Of a DNA stretch of 64,000 bases, positions 17,090 through 26,118 are shown one piece after another. Numbering within the stretch: position 1 is the first letter of the stretch; each line of letters begins with the position of its first letter. Source of the stretch: Thermoplasmata archaeon (lineage in GTDB: Archaea > Thermoplasmatota > Thermoplasmata > Lutacidiplasmatales > UBA184); assembly GCA_035502455.1 (NCBI GenBank), contig DATJUI010000015.1, forward strand, positions 50,249 through 114,248. Direction: 5' to 3'. The translations under genes were made by a program, and so were the position numbers. The notes under the pieces were generated by a model. That model ran no database searches. It saw only the letters and a program-made list of their open reading frames with translations, and was not told the origin of the DNA.

Positions 17090-18078
17090 CGACGGGCCCT
17101 CTGCATCTGGGCGTAGAACTTCCGGACGTCCCGGATCGGCTCGTCCTCGCCGATCCGCCGGCCGGTGATCTCGAGGAAGACCGTCTCGAGGCTGGGCTTC
17201 TCGACGCTGATCCGGCGGATCCGGTCGGGGTGGATCGCCGCGAACAGGCGCGGCAGCACCTCCTCGGACGAGGTCACCCGGAGCGTCCAGCCATCGCCCT
17301 GGCCGCGGACCTCCTGCACGCCGGGCACCGCCGCGAGCGCGCCCGAGTCGAGGGCTTCCGCCGTTTCGAGCTGCACGATGTCCGCCTTGACCCGCGCCTT
17401 GAGCTCGGACGGGGTCCCCTCGGCGAGGATCCGGCCCCGGTCGATGATGGCGATGCGCTCGCAGAGCGCATCGGCCTCCTCGATGTAGTGCGTCGTCAGG
17501 AGGACGGTCACGCCGAACTCCTTGTGCACCTGGGTGACGATGTCCCAGAGCATCCGCCGGGTGCTGACGTCGAGCCCGATCGTCGGCTCGTCCATGAAGA
17601 TCACGCTCGGCTGGTGGAGGAGCGCGAGCGCGATCTCGAGCTTCTTGCGCATCCCCGTCGAGAAGTGGCTGACCTTGTCGTCGGCGCGGTCCTTGAGCGA
17701 GAAGTACTCGAGCAGCTGCTCCGCCCGCTCCTCCCATCCCGTGAGGCTCTGCAGCTTCGCCTGCAACCAGAGGTTCTCGCGGGCGGTGAAGTCGTCGTCG
17801 AGTATCACCTCGGCCGCGACCCAGCCGATCCGGGCCTTCGCCTCCATCGGCTGGAGCTGGATGTCGAACCCGGCGACCAGGCCGTGCCCTTCCGTGATGT
17901 CGGTGATCCCCGTGAGGACCTTGATGAGGGTCGTCTTGCCGGCGCCGTTCGGGCCGAGCAGGCCGAAGACCATCCCCTTCGGGATCGTGAGGTTGACGTG
18001 GTCGAGCGCCTTCACGCCGCGCTCGGGCGAGCCGTAGATCTTGGTGAGGTTGTTCACCACGATCGCGGCCTCGGTCAT
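17086..18078 (-). CDS. ABC transporter ATP-binding protein (ABC-2 / drug-exporter type)
   Basis: Walker A GPNGAGKTT, ABC signature FSTGMRKK, Walker B IFMDEPT. Confidence 0.9.
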   Translation of the reverse strand: MTEAAIVVNNLTKIYGSPERGVKALDHVNLTIPKGMVFGLLGPNGAGKTTLIKVLTGITDITEGHGLVAGFDIQLQPMEAKARIGWVAAEVILDDDFTARENLWLQAKLQSLTGWEERAEQLLEYFSLKDRADDKVSHFSTGMRKKLEIALALLHQPSVIFMDEPTIGLDVSTRRMLWDIVTQVHKEFGVTVLLTTHYIEEADALCERIAIIDRGRILAEGTPSELKARVKADIVQLETAEALDSGALAAVPGVQEVRGQGDGWTLRVTSSEEVLPRLFAAIHPDRIRRISVEKPSLETVFLEITGRRIGEDEPIRDVRKFYAQMQRARR

Positions 18079-18629
18079 CGGCCGCCCCTCCCGCGCGCGG
18101 GGACGGCCCCGCCCCGACGCACCGGTCGCGTCCGATCGAGCCGCTGGACCGCCGCCGAGAGGTCCGCGATCGCGGCCTCGCGCAGCGGGATCGAGCCGAT
18201 CTTCGCGTCCGGGCGCCGCGCCAGGAACGTGTCGAGCCCCTCGAGGTGCCGACGCAGGTGCCGCAGGAGGTGGTCACCGGGGTCGTCCGAGCCGGCGATC
18301 TCGGCCCAGAGCAGGCCGAGATCCGGCGCCCCCGGACCGGGACCGGCCATCTGCTCGCGGATCCGGCGCAGCAGCGCGTGGCCCGCCGGCGTGATCGAGT
18401 AGACGCGGCGGCTGCCGTCGATCGAGGACCGAGCCGCCCCCCGCTCGACGAGCGAGCGGAGCGCGGGATAGATCGCCCCCGGGCCTGGCCGCCAGGTCCC
18501 GTCCGTCCGGTTCGCGATCCGATCGGCCAGCGAGTACCCGTACAGGCTGCCCTCCCGGTCGAGCGTCGCCAACGCGTACAGCCACAGGACGCGTCCCGGC
18601 ATCGGTCCGGGCGTCGAAGGTCGCGCCAT
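18075..18629 (-). CDS. padR: PadR family transcriptional regulator
   Basis: YGYSLADRI...GTWRPGPGAIYPALRSLVERGA...RRVYSITPAG matches the PadR winged helix. An internal start at Met10 is possible. It overlaps the downstream ABC ATPase by 4 nt. Confidence 0.8.
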   Translation of the reverse strand: MARPSTPGPMPGRVLWLYALATLDREGSLYGYSLADRIANRTDGTWRPGPGAIYPALRSLVERGAARSSIDGSRRVYSITPAGHALLRRIREQMAGPGPGAPDLGLLWAEIAGSDDPGDHLLRHLRRHLEGLDTFLARRPDAKIGSIPLREAAIADLSAAVQRLDRTRPVRRGGAVPARGRGGR

Positions 18630-18661
18630 ACAACGGACTCTGTATCGAGTTCGATATATAA
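18628..18661 (-). promoter_or_regulatory. padR promoter: TATA box (18654-18661) plus dyad ATACA-N8-TGTAT (18628-18645) overlapping the start codon
   Basis: TTATATAT island 25-32 nt upstream of the ATG, and a perfect 5-nt inverted repeat with an 8-nt spacer, the spacing typical of PadR operators (ATGT-N8-ACAT class). Confidence 0.4.
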
Positions 18662-18826
18662 CTCCTCACTGAACCCCGATGGACGGGATGGGCCGACGGG
18701 CGCCCCGCCGGTCCCGGTCGGTCCTCGCCGCGCCGCAGGAGCCCCGGGGAGGGGGGCCCCGCGGACGCTCGCCCCCCGGTAAACCATTAACGGAGCGGGC
18801 CCCTCGAACCGGACGGTCGATCCCCC

Positions 18827-21595
18827 GTGTTCCGCCGGAACCGTTCGCCCCTCCGCGTCGTCGACGGCCCGCGTCGGGGTCTCCGCGGCGCGGTCGCCGC
18901 GCTCGTGGTACTGCTCGTCGTCCTCGGCGGATGGCCCGCGCTGGCCGAGGGGCTCCCGTCGGGCGGATCGCCAGCTGCACCGGCGAGCGCTCCCGGTCCC
19001 TCGGCGCTGTGCGCGGCGCCCGGGTCGCGCGAGGCCCCTTCCGCTCCCGGGCCGAGCTGTCCCGCCGTGGGCCCGGCGGCCCCGGGAGCCTCGGGCGACC
19101 CCTCGGGCCAGCACGTCTCGTGGGCGCAGCTGCCCGGCGCACCGGTCGGCGTCGGACAGGGCACGGGGATGGCCGCCGATGCCGCGGGCGCGGAAGCGGT
19201 CGTGTTCGGCGGGAACGTTTCGGGCGCGCTCTCCAACACCACGCAGGTCTACGACGAGGCGATCGCGAGCTGGTCGACCGTGGCGACGACGCACGCGCCC
19301 TCCCCCCGCAGCGACTTCGGCTTCGCCACCAACGACTCGGCGCGGCTGGCGGTGCTGTTCGGGGGGGTCGTGGACCTCGCCTCCCGGGCCGTCGACAACT
19401 CCACCTGGCTGTTCGACTTCGGGTCGAACACCTGGACGAACGTCTCGGGGCCAGTGGCCCCCCCCGCGCGCGCGGATCCCGCGCTCGCGGTCGATCCGAG
19501 CTCCGACCTCGCGCTCCTGTACGGCGGGTGGGACCAGGACTACCGGTCGAGCGGCACCCTCACGTTCGGCGATCTATGGGCGTTCAACTTCTCGACGGAC
19601 GCCTGGACGCAGTGGCAGCCCAGCGGCCCGAGCCCTCCTCCGCTCGAGGGGGCGTCCTTCGGCTGGGACTCTCAGAGCGGGACGTTCCTCCTGTACGGGG
19701 GCTGCTACCCGTGCAGCTCCACGGTCTGGCAGCTCGATCCGGTCTCGCGGACCTGGTCGGTGGTCTCCCCCGCGGACGCGGCCCCGACGCCGCGCGCGCA
19801 GAGCGCCGTCGCCTGGAATCCGATCGACAGTGCGCTGACCGTGTTCGGCGGGACGAACGGCGCCGTCGCCTTCAACGACACCTGGGAGTTCGCCCCCGCG
19901 ACCGGCAACTGGACCGCCGAGGCGGCGGGGACCGCCCCGGCGGCGCGATGGAGCGCCGCGTCCGCCTGGCTGAACGTCCCGGGCAATCAGACCCTCCTGA
20001 TGACGGGAGGGACCGGGGCCGGCACGCTCCCGAACGCACTGTGGCGGCTCGCCCCGACGGCGAACCTGACCCTGCTCGTCGAGAACGCCTCGAGCGGGCT
20101 GCCCGTCGCCTCCGCGAAGGTCGTCCTGGGGAGCGGTCCGGCCGCATCGACCAACGCGTCCGGCTACCTCAACCTCACGGCCGTCACGGCCAACGAGACG
20201 ACCGTCAATGTCTCGCACATCGGGTTCGCGGACAGCCAACGGTCGTTCTGGATCGCCCCCGACTCCACCGCCTTCGAGCAGTTCCTGCTCTCCCCCGTGC
20301 CCGACGGCAACGTGAGCGTGCGGATCGTCAACGAGTCCGGTGCCCCGGTCGCGGGCGCCGCCGTGAGCCTTCGGATCGCCGGCGCGTACCTCCCGGACTC
20401 GAACGGGACGTCCGACCTCCAAGGGTACGTGAGCTACCCGAACGTCCCGAGCGGGGTCCCCGCGCCGACGGGCGTCGTCACCGCGTCGGGCCCGGGCAGC
20501 TACTCGAACTCAACGGCGTTCGTGCTCCCCCCCGGGGCCCGCGTCTCCGTCGTCGTCGTGCTCGTGTCGTACCCCCGGCTGGTGATCCAGGTGACCGGGG
20601 CGCTCGCGAACCTTCAGCTGGCCGACGTCGCGCACGCCAACATCAGCGAGAACGACCTGTTGCTGGGCTCCACCGACGCGGCGGGCTGGCTCAACGCCAC
20701 CTCGATCCTGCCCGGCGGAACGGTCCAGCTCGCGATCGTCGCCGAGGGGTTCTCGGTCCTGGGGAGCAAGATCGTCCTGCCGCACTCGGGCACCCTCAAC
20801 GAGTCGTATCGGCTCTCCGGGCTCGAGTTCGGCCGGATCGCGGTCGCGGTCGACGACGGCTCGACGGGCGACCCGATCGGCGGGGCGACGGTGGCGGCGA
20901 CCGCCGACCCGTCCGTGTCGAGCGTCGCGTACACCGACTCGCACCCGACGACCGACGCGGGGTCGGTCACGCTGAGCGTGCCGCAGGGCGCCTACTGGGT
21001 CAACGTCTCTTCGTACGGCTACTATCCGGACGACATCGGACCGGTCTGGGTGCCCTCGGCCGGCACGGTGAGCCTCGGCGCGAACCTCTCGCTCGAACCG
21101 GGGGCGAACGTGAGCGTCTTCGTCCGGGTCTACCACCACGGGCCGCCGGTCGTCGGGGCCCGGGTGCTGGCCGGGGCCGCCCTGCCGGTCAACACCTCCG
21201 ACACGGGGTGGGCGAACTTCACGGACCTTCGCTTCGGGCCGACGCTCGTGAACGTGACCGCGGTCGGCTTCCTGCCCAACGAGACGCTCGTCGTGCTCGC
21301 GCCGTTCGAGACGATCTCGGAGTACCTCGTGAACCTCACCCCGGCGCCCCTCGTCCCGGGCCACACGTCGAACGGGACGTACGCGTACGGCGGGGTCCTG
21401 CCGACCCTCGCGGCGCTCCCGGCGTACCTCGTCCTGCTCGCGCTCGCCGTCGGGGGCGCGCTCGTCTTCCTGCTGTATTTGCGGATCGACCGGGGCGCCG
21501 CCCCGGACGATCTCCCGCCGCCGCCGTTCGAAGGGGCCGGCCCCGGGCCCGCCGCGGCGCCGGAGGCACCGGGCGAGGCGCCGGGGCCGCCCTAG
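18827..21595 (+). CDS. Secreted Kelch-repeat (beta-propeller) surface protein with tandem Ig/PEGA-like domains and a C-terminal TM anchor
   Basis: Signal peptide; repeated ...LFGG/LYGG...W...propeller blades (VLFGGVVD, LLYGGWDQ, LLYGGCYP, TVFGGTNG); about 45 N-x-S/T sequons; C-terminal TM helix plus Pro-rich tail. GTG start. Confidence 0.75.
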   Translation: MFRRNRSPLRVVDGPRRGLRGAVAALVVLLVVLGGWPALAEGLPSGGSPAAPASAPGPSALCAAPGSREAPSAPGPSCPAVGPAAPGASGDPSGQHVSWAQLPGAPVGVGQGTGMAADAAGAEAVVFGGNVSGALSNTTQVYDEAIASWSTVATTHAPSPRSDFGFATNDSARLAVLFGGVVDLASRAVDNSTWLFDFGSNTWTNVSGPVAPPARADPALAVDPSSDLALLYGGWDQDYRSSGTLTFGDLWAFNFSTDAWTQWQPSGPSPPPLEGASFGWDSQSGTFLLYGGCYPCSSTVWQLDPVSRTWSVVSPADAAPTPRAQSAVAWNPIDSALTVFGGTNGAVAFNDTWEFAPATGNWTAEAAGTAPAARWSAASAWLNVPGNQTLLMTGGTGAGTLPNALWRLAPTANLTLLVENASSGLPVASAKVVLGSGPAASTNASGYLNLTAVTANETTVNVSHIGFADSQRSFWIAPDSTAFEQFLLSPVPDGNVSVRIVNESGAPVAGAAVSLRIAGAYLPDSNGTSDLQGYVSYPNVPSGVPAPTGVVTASGPGSYSNSTAFVLPPGARVSVVVVLVSYPRLVIQVTGALANLQLADVAHANISENDLLLGSTDAAGWLNATSILPGGTVQLAIVAEGFSVLGSKIVLPHSGTLNESYRLSGLEFGRIAVAVDDGSTGDPIGGATVAATADPSVSSVAYTDSHPTTDAGSVTLSVPQGAYWVNVSSYGYYPDDIGPVWVPSAGTVSLGANLSLEPGANVSVFVRVYHHGPPVVGARVLAGAALPVNTSDTGWANFTDLRFGPTLVNVTAVGFLPNETLVVLAPFETISEYLVNLTPAPLVPGHTSNGTYAYGGVLPTLAALPAYLVLLALAVGGALVFLLYLRIDRGAAPDDLPPPPFEGAGPGPAAAPEAPGEAPGPP

Positions 21596-22491
21596 TCGAG
21601 CGGGCGGCGCTCGACGACGACGACCGCGCCGACCGATGCGACCACGGCGATCGCGAGCGCGAGCAGGAAGGCGGCCGGCAGCCCCGCGTCGGCGATCAGG
21701 ACCCCGGCGCCGGCCGCGGCGGCGCCGAGGAGCGCGGCGAGCCCGGGGAGCCGGCCCATCGGGGGTCCGACGGCGGACGACCGGCTCTCGAACAGTCCGC
21801 GGAAGCGCGGCGTGAGCCGCCGCGCGATCGCGGGATCGATCGCGGGCCCGGGGCGCTCCGCCCCGGCGGTCGGCAGGACGATCCCCCGGCCCGTGACCGG
21901 GCGCAGGAAGGTGACGAACGTCGCGAGCACCGCGAGGCCGGCGAGCCCCGCGAACCACGGGTCCCCCACCCCGGCGAGCGGCAGGCTCGCGGCCGACCGC
22001 CCCACGAGCAGGTGAGCGACGCCGACGAGCTGCGCGTCCAGCGCGGCGAAGGTGTTGCGGACGAGGAGGCCCGGTTGGCCCGCCGAGCCGGCGGCGACGG
22101 CCGCCAGGAGCAAGAGCCCGAGCGCGAGCGCGAACTGCAGCCCGACGACCCGCGTCCCCGCACCCTCGTTGGGGGCGACGAACGTGAGGAACAGGAGCGC
22201 CGGACCGGCGAGCAGGGCCCCCCACCCGACCGCGTCGAGCACGAGGCCCGCGCCGACCGGGTCGATGCTGACCACCATCAGCACCACCAGGAGGGCGAGC
22301 AGCCCGAGCGCCCCGAACCGGGGTCCGTGCACCGGCTCGACCAACGGATAGGTGGCGAGCCCGAGCGCGACCAGGAACGCGGCGAGCGAGACCCCGATCG
22401 CGGCGCCGGGCAGGTGGCGCATCCCGGCCGCGGCCACGTACAGGAACGGCGGCAGACCGAGCGCCACCGCGGCGAGGAACCACCGGTTCAC
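21592..22491 (-). CDS. Polytopic membrane protein (last gene of the MoxR operon)
   Basis: 299-aa hydrophobic protein; GTG start whose codon overlaps the TGA of the DUF58 gene (GTGA). Confidence 0.5.
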   Translation of the reverse strand: MNRWFLAAVALGLPPFLYVAAAGMRHLPGAAIGVSLAAFLVALGLATYPLVEPVHGPRFGALGLLALLVVLMVVSIDPVGAGLVLDAVGWGALLAGPALLFLTFVAPNEGAGTRVVGLQFALALGLLLLAAVAAGSAGQPGLLVRNTFAALDAQLVGVAHLLVGRSAASLPLAGVGDPWFAGLAGLAVLATFVTFLRPVTGRGIVLPTAGAERPGPAIDPAIARRLTPRFRGLFESRSSAVGPPMGRLPGLAALLGAAAAGAGVLIADAGLPAAFLLALAIAVVASVGAVVVVERRPLD

Positions 22492-23834
22492 GGCGAGACC
22501 ACCCCGAACCGGACCCCCGCGTAGCCCCGGGTCACCTGGTCGATGAGATCGCTCCGTCCGAACAGCTGCGTCGTGACCCCCGCCTCGCGCAGCCGCCGCG
22601 CGGCCTCGTGCCGGAGGGCCACGAGCGGATCGGCCGCGAATCGGACCGCGCGCTCGGCGAGCGGGTCCGGGAGCGGCGGGAACAGCGCGAGCGGGTCCGG
22701 CGCGTGGAGGAAGAGGCGGTGACCGGCCCCGCGGAAGGCGGAGAGCCCTCCGCGCGTGAGATCCGGCGGGGGGTCGAGCGCCGCGAAGGCGAAGACGGCC
22801 GAGGGGTGACCGAGGTTCCGCGCGAGGAACTGCGCGGCGTCCTCGATCTCGAACTTCCCCGGGACCACCACCGCGGCGCTCAGGGTCCGATCGATCTCGA
22901 ACGCGTGGTCGACGGTGCGGCCGAGCGGCAGGAACTTCCGCGCGCCGTCGGCCCACAGGAGCAGCGCGGTCCGGTCGCCCTGGCTGAACGCGTAGCGGGC
23001 GAGCAGCAGGGCGGCATCGACCGCGAGGTCGAGGGCCTCGCCGCCGGGCGGCCCCTGTCCCATCGGACGGCTCACGTCGAGGACGAGGGCGATGTCGAGA
23101 CGGTTCTCGGTCTCGTTCTCCTTCACGAGCAGCCGCTCGTAGGTCGACCGCTTCCAGACGATCGACCGGAAGTCGTCCTCGGGCTGGTACTCGCGGAGGG
23201 ACCGGAACTCGGTCCCGCTGCCGCGGGGCCCCGCGAGGATCCGCCCGACCATCTCGTGGCGCAGCCGCTCCGTGATCTCCGACTTCCAGAGCGCGACGTC
23301 CGGCAGCACCTCCACCGGCCAGCGGTCCTCGACGACCGCCGTGCGGAAGGCGAGCCCGAAGGCGTCGTGCGCGATCGCGACCACCGGGCCGAGCTCGAGG
23401 GCGCCCCGCTTGGTCCCGCGGTAGACGTACGCCACCGTCCGGGTCGAGCGCGCCTCGACCCACGACAGCACGTTCGGGGAGCCCGCGACCGGCACGAGCC
23501 CGTCCGGCACCCGATCGTAGAGCTCGAGGTAGAAGCCGGCGGCGCGGCGGACCTCGATCCGCGTCGCCATCGTGCCGTGGCCCCCGACGGGAAGGAGGGC
23601 CGTGTTCTCGGTGCGCTGCACCGCGAGGTCGCTGGACCGGAACCCGCGTGTCCGCCAGGCGAACGCGAGCACGTCCACGAGGACGAACGCGACGACGATC
23701 GCCCCGACGAGCAGCAGGAGGAGGTTGACCGCGAGGAGCCCGACCGTGAGCGCCGCGAGCCCGCCCGCCAGCAGCCCCCACCCGCGCGGAGTATGGACGA
23801 CCCGCGACTCGGTCACCGACGGCTCCCCGCCCAC
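22488..23834 (-). CDS. DUF58 (vWA-like) protein, MoxR partner
   Basis: N-terminal TM helices, then the signature GTEFRSLREYQPEDDFRSIVWKRS and the vWA-like core. Confidence 0.85.
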   Translation of the reverse strand: MGGEPSVTESRVVHTPRGWGLLAGGLAALTVGLLAVNLLLLLVGAIVVAFVLVDVLAFAWRTRGFRSSDLAVQRTENTALLPVGGHGTMATRIEVRRAAGFYLELYDRVPDGLVPVAGSPNVLSWVEARSTRTVAYVYRGTKRGALELGPVVAIAHDAFGLAFRTAVVEDRWPVEVLPDVALWKSEITERLRHEMVGRILAGPRGSGTEFRSLREYQPEDDFRSIVWKRSTYERLLVKENETENRLDIALVLDVSRPMGQGPPGGEALDLAVDAALLLARYAFSQGDRTALLLWADGARKFLPLGRTVDHAFEIDRTLSAAVVVPGKFEIEDAAQFLARNLGHPSAVFAFAALDPPPDLTRGGLSAFRGAGHRLFLHAPDPLALFPPLPDPLAERAVRFAADPLVALRHEAARRLREAGVTTQLFGRSDLIDQVTRGYAGVRFGVVSP

Positions 23835-23838
23835 TCGC

Positions 23839-24903
23839 TCAGCGGGGCGCGTTCGATCGGGCGAGTACGGCCTCGAGGACCCCGCGGAGGACGGCGGACG
23901 ATCCCGCCGACCGATCGGTGGGGGTCGCCGTCCGCATCGCCTCGGGCCGCACCACGATCCGGTGGTTGAGGACCGGGTACGCGAGCTCCTGCACGTCGTC
24001 CGGGATCACGTAGCTCCGCCGGTCGAGCGCGGCCGCCGCTCGCGCGGCCAGGGTCAGGTGAACGCCGGCGCGCGGGGACGCCCCGACGAGGATCTTTGGG
24101 TCGCGCCGCGTCTCCCGGACGATCGCCGCGACGTACTGCAGGATGTCCGGGTGGACGTACGTCGCCCGGAGCGCGGCCCGCAGCTCGGTGACCTCGTCGG
24201 CCGAGACGACCTGCCGCGGCTCCGCCGGGACCGTTCCGGCGCCCTGGGTCTCAAGGATCCGCATCTCGTCGTGCGCCGCAGGGTACTGGAGCACCTCGCG
24301 GAACAGGAACCGGTCGAGCTGCGACTCGGGCAGCGGGTACGTGCCTTCCTGATCGAGCGGATTCTGGGTCGCGATCACGAGGAACGGGCGCGGCAGCGGG
24401 TACGACCGGCCGTCGACGGTGACCTGGAACTCCTGCATCGCCTCGAGCAGCGCGGACTGGACCTTGGGCGGCGCTCGATTGATCTCGTCGGCGAGCACGA
24501 TGTTCGCGAAGATCGGGCCGGGTCGGAACTCGAACTGCTGGTTCTTCGGATCGAGGATGACATTCCCGACGATGTCGAGCGGGAGCAGATCGGGGGTGAA
24601 CTGGATGCGATGGAACGAGAGGTCGAGCGCCCGGGCGAACGACCGGACGAGGTACGTCTTCGCGAGCCCCGGGAGGCCCTCCACGAGGACGTGCCCCTCG
24701 CAGGCCAGCGCGATCGTCAGGGCACGGATCGGATCGTCGTAGCCGATGACCGTCCGCCCGATCGCCTGCTGCAGCCGGGTGAGGAGGGCCCCCGGTTCGC
24801 CGGCGGACGGCGCCGGTCCCGCGGGGGCGGCACCCGTCCGTGCCGGGGCCGACGTCGACGCGGCCGGGGCGGCGCCGGGCACGGCTCCCGCGGGCAGCGT
24901 CAC
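23839..24903 (-). CDS. moxR: MoxR family AAA+ ATPase
   Basis: VIGYDDPIRALTIALACEGHVLVEGLPGLAKT (Walker A variant), ILADEINRAPPKVQSALLEAMQE (Walker B / sensor). GTG start overlapping the upstream stop. Confidence 0.9.
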   Translation of the reverse strand: MTLPAGAVPGAAPAASTSAPARTGAAPAGPAPSAGEPGALLTRLQQAIGRTVIGYDDPIRALTIALACEGHVLVEGLPGLAKTYLVRSFARALDLSFHRIQFTPDLLPLDIVGNVILDPKNQQFEFRPGPIFANIVLADEINRAPPKVQSALLEAMQEFQVTVDGRSYPLPRPFLVIATQNPLDQEGTYPLPESQLDRFLFREVLQYPAAHDEMRILETQGAGTVPAEPRQVVSADEVTELRAALRATYVHPDILQYVAAIVRETRRDPKILVGASPRAGVHLTLAARAAAALDRRSYVIPDDVQELAYPVLNHRIVVRPEAMRTATPTDRSAGSSAVLRGVLEAVLARSNAPR

Positions 24904-25418
24904 GTCGGAGCGCCCTCCGCGGACGGGGGCGCCCGCAGTGCGTCGAGCGCCGCGTCCAGGTCCGCGCGGGCCCGCGCGCGCCAGGCGTCGCGTCGCCAGC
25001 TGGCGAACGGGTCGTCGGGCGACGCCCCCTCCGCCCGGGCCGCCAGTCGGTGGGCGGTGACGAGCGAGCGTCGGATCTCGAGGAGCGATGCCTCGTCGGA
25101 CGACCGCGGACGATCGCCGCTAAAGCGCCGGGTCCGCTCCGTCCCGGTCGAGCCGGCGGGAACCGCCAGCAGCTCGTCGACCCGCGCGATCGTCGCCGTG
25201 ATCGCCGGGTCGATCCCGCCGTCGCGCAGGGACGCTTCCAGCGCGTCGATCGGCCCCTTCACCCATCGTCGGTCCGGGGGCACCGTCTCGAGCACGGGCG
25301 GCGGCCGGGCGAACCGGGCCAACGCCCAACCCGCGGTCAGCCCCGCCGTCAGCGCGACGGGGAGCCCGTACGTGACCGCGGTGGTGACGTCGCTCAGCAG
25401 CGACGACGCCCCGGTCAC
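24900..25418 (-). CDS. Membrane-anchored hypothetical protein in the MoxR operon
   Basis: The C-terminal 172 aa of ORF 24900..25967: one TM segment (VTTAVTYGLPVALTAGLTAGWALA) followed by a soluble domain. GTG start overlapping the upstream stop. Confidence 0.5.
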   Translation of the reverse strand: MTGASSLLSDVTTAVTYGLPVALTAGLTAGWALARFARPPPVLETVPPDRRWVKGPIDALEASLRDGGIDPAITATIARVDELLAVPAGSTGTERTRRFSGDRPRSSDEASLLEIRRSLVTAHRLAARAEGASPDDPFASWRRDAWRARARADLDAALDALRAPPSAEGAPT

Positions 25419-25876
25419 CAGCGGTTCCCCCCGGTCGCTTCGGGGAGGGGCCGGGTCGCGGGGAGCGGGGCGGGGACCCGGACCGAATAGGTGGGGACGG
25501 CCGGGGCGCCGCGCCGGGCGAGCACGGTGGACTCGTAGATCCGGCGGACGGTGGCGACGACGTCGCCCGGGGGGACCGCCTCGGGCGGTCCGAACCGGAC
25601 CGGCTCGTAGATCTCGTAAAGACGGAACAGCAGCGGGACGAGGCCGCCGGCGTCGGTCCGGAGGTCCTGGGCGAGCACCTGCCGGGCCGTGTGCGACCGC
25701 GGGAACGGCGAACCGAATGCCGCCTCGACCTCCCGCATCACGGTCGGGAACACCTCGAGTACGGCGCCGCGCGCGTCGCCGCGCCGGACCGCCTCCTCGA
25801 CCGTTCGGACCGCGGGCGGACCGACACTGGGAGGCGGTTGGGCGCCGTCCGGTCGGGCAGGCGTCCCCGTCGCCAT
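25415..25876 (-). CDS. DUF4129-like protein (first gene of the MoxR operon)
   Basis: Internal region RSHTARQVLAQDLR...LYEIYEPVRFGPP resembles the DUF4129 T.RE...YE.ARYG signature often found upstream of MoxR/DUF58. Confidence 0.5.
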   Translation of the reverse strand: MATGTPARPDGAQPPPSVGPPAVRTVEEAVRRGDARGAVLEVFPTVMREVEAAFGSPFPRSHTARQVLAQDLRTDAGGLVPLLFRLYEIYEPVRFGPPEAVPPGDVVATVRRIYESTVLARRGAPAVPTYSVRVPAPLPATRPLPEATGGNRW

Positions 25877-26118
25877 CCCTCGGCTTAAACCGCACCCCTA
25901 CATGTACGCGACGCGCGGGCCGGCGCGGTGCGGAAAACCCTCGCGCCGTCTCCCCTCGCACGCCCATCCGAATCCCCGCAACGCCGCACCGTTCGTCCGG
26001 GATCGGGCGATGAGCTCCGGGTTCGCCGCACGAATCCGCAGACGGAATTCTCGACGGGGCGCGACCCGGGCGGGAGGCGATAAGCCCTCAAACGCCGCCC
26101 TCCTGGGCCCTCTACTCG

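Noticed and set aside
13737-17116. 679-aa minus ORF and 1091-aa plus ORF overlapping the glucoamylase and ABC permease genes.
   Set aside because: Low-complexity Arg/Glu/Asp/Pro content in alternative frames of genes with strong family evidence.
18679-22524. 1281-aa plus ORF and 657-aa minus ORF across the Kelch surface protein and MoxR-operon genes.
   Set aside because: Spurious GC-frame ORFs; they cross genes on both strands with incompatible orientation and have no domain signatures.
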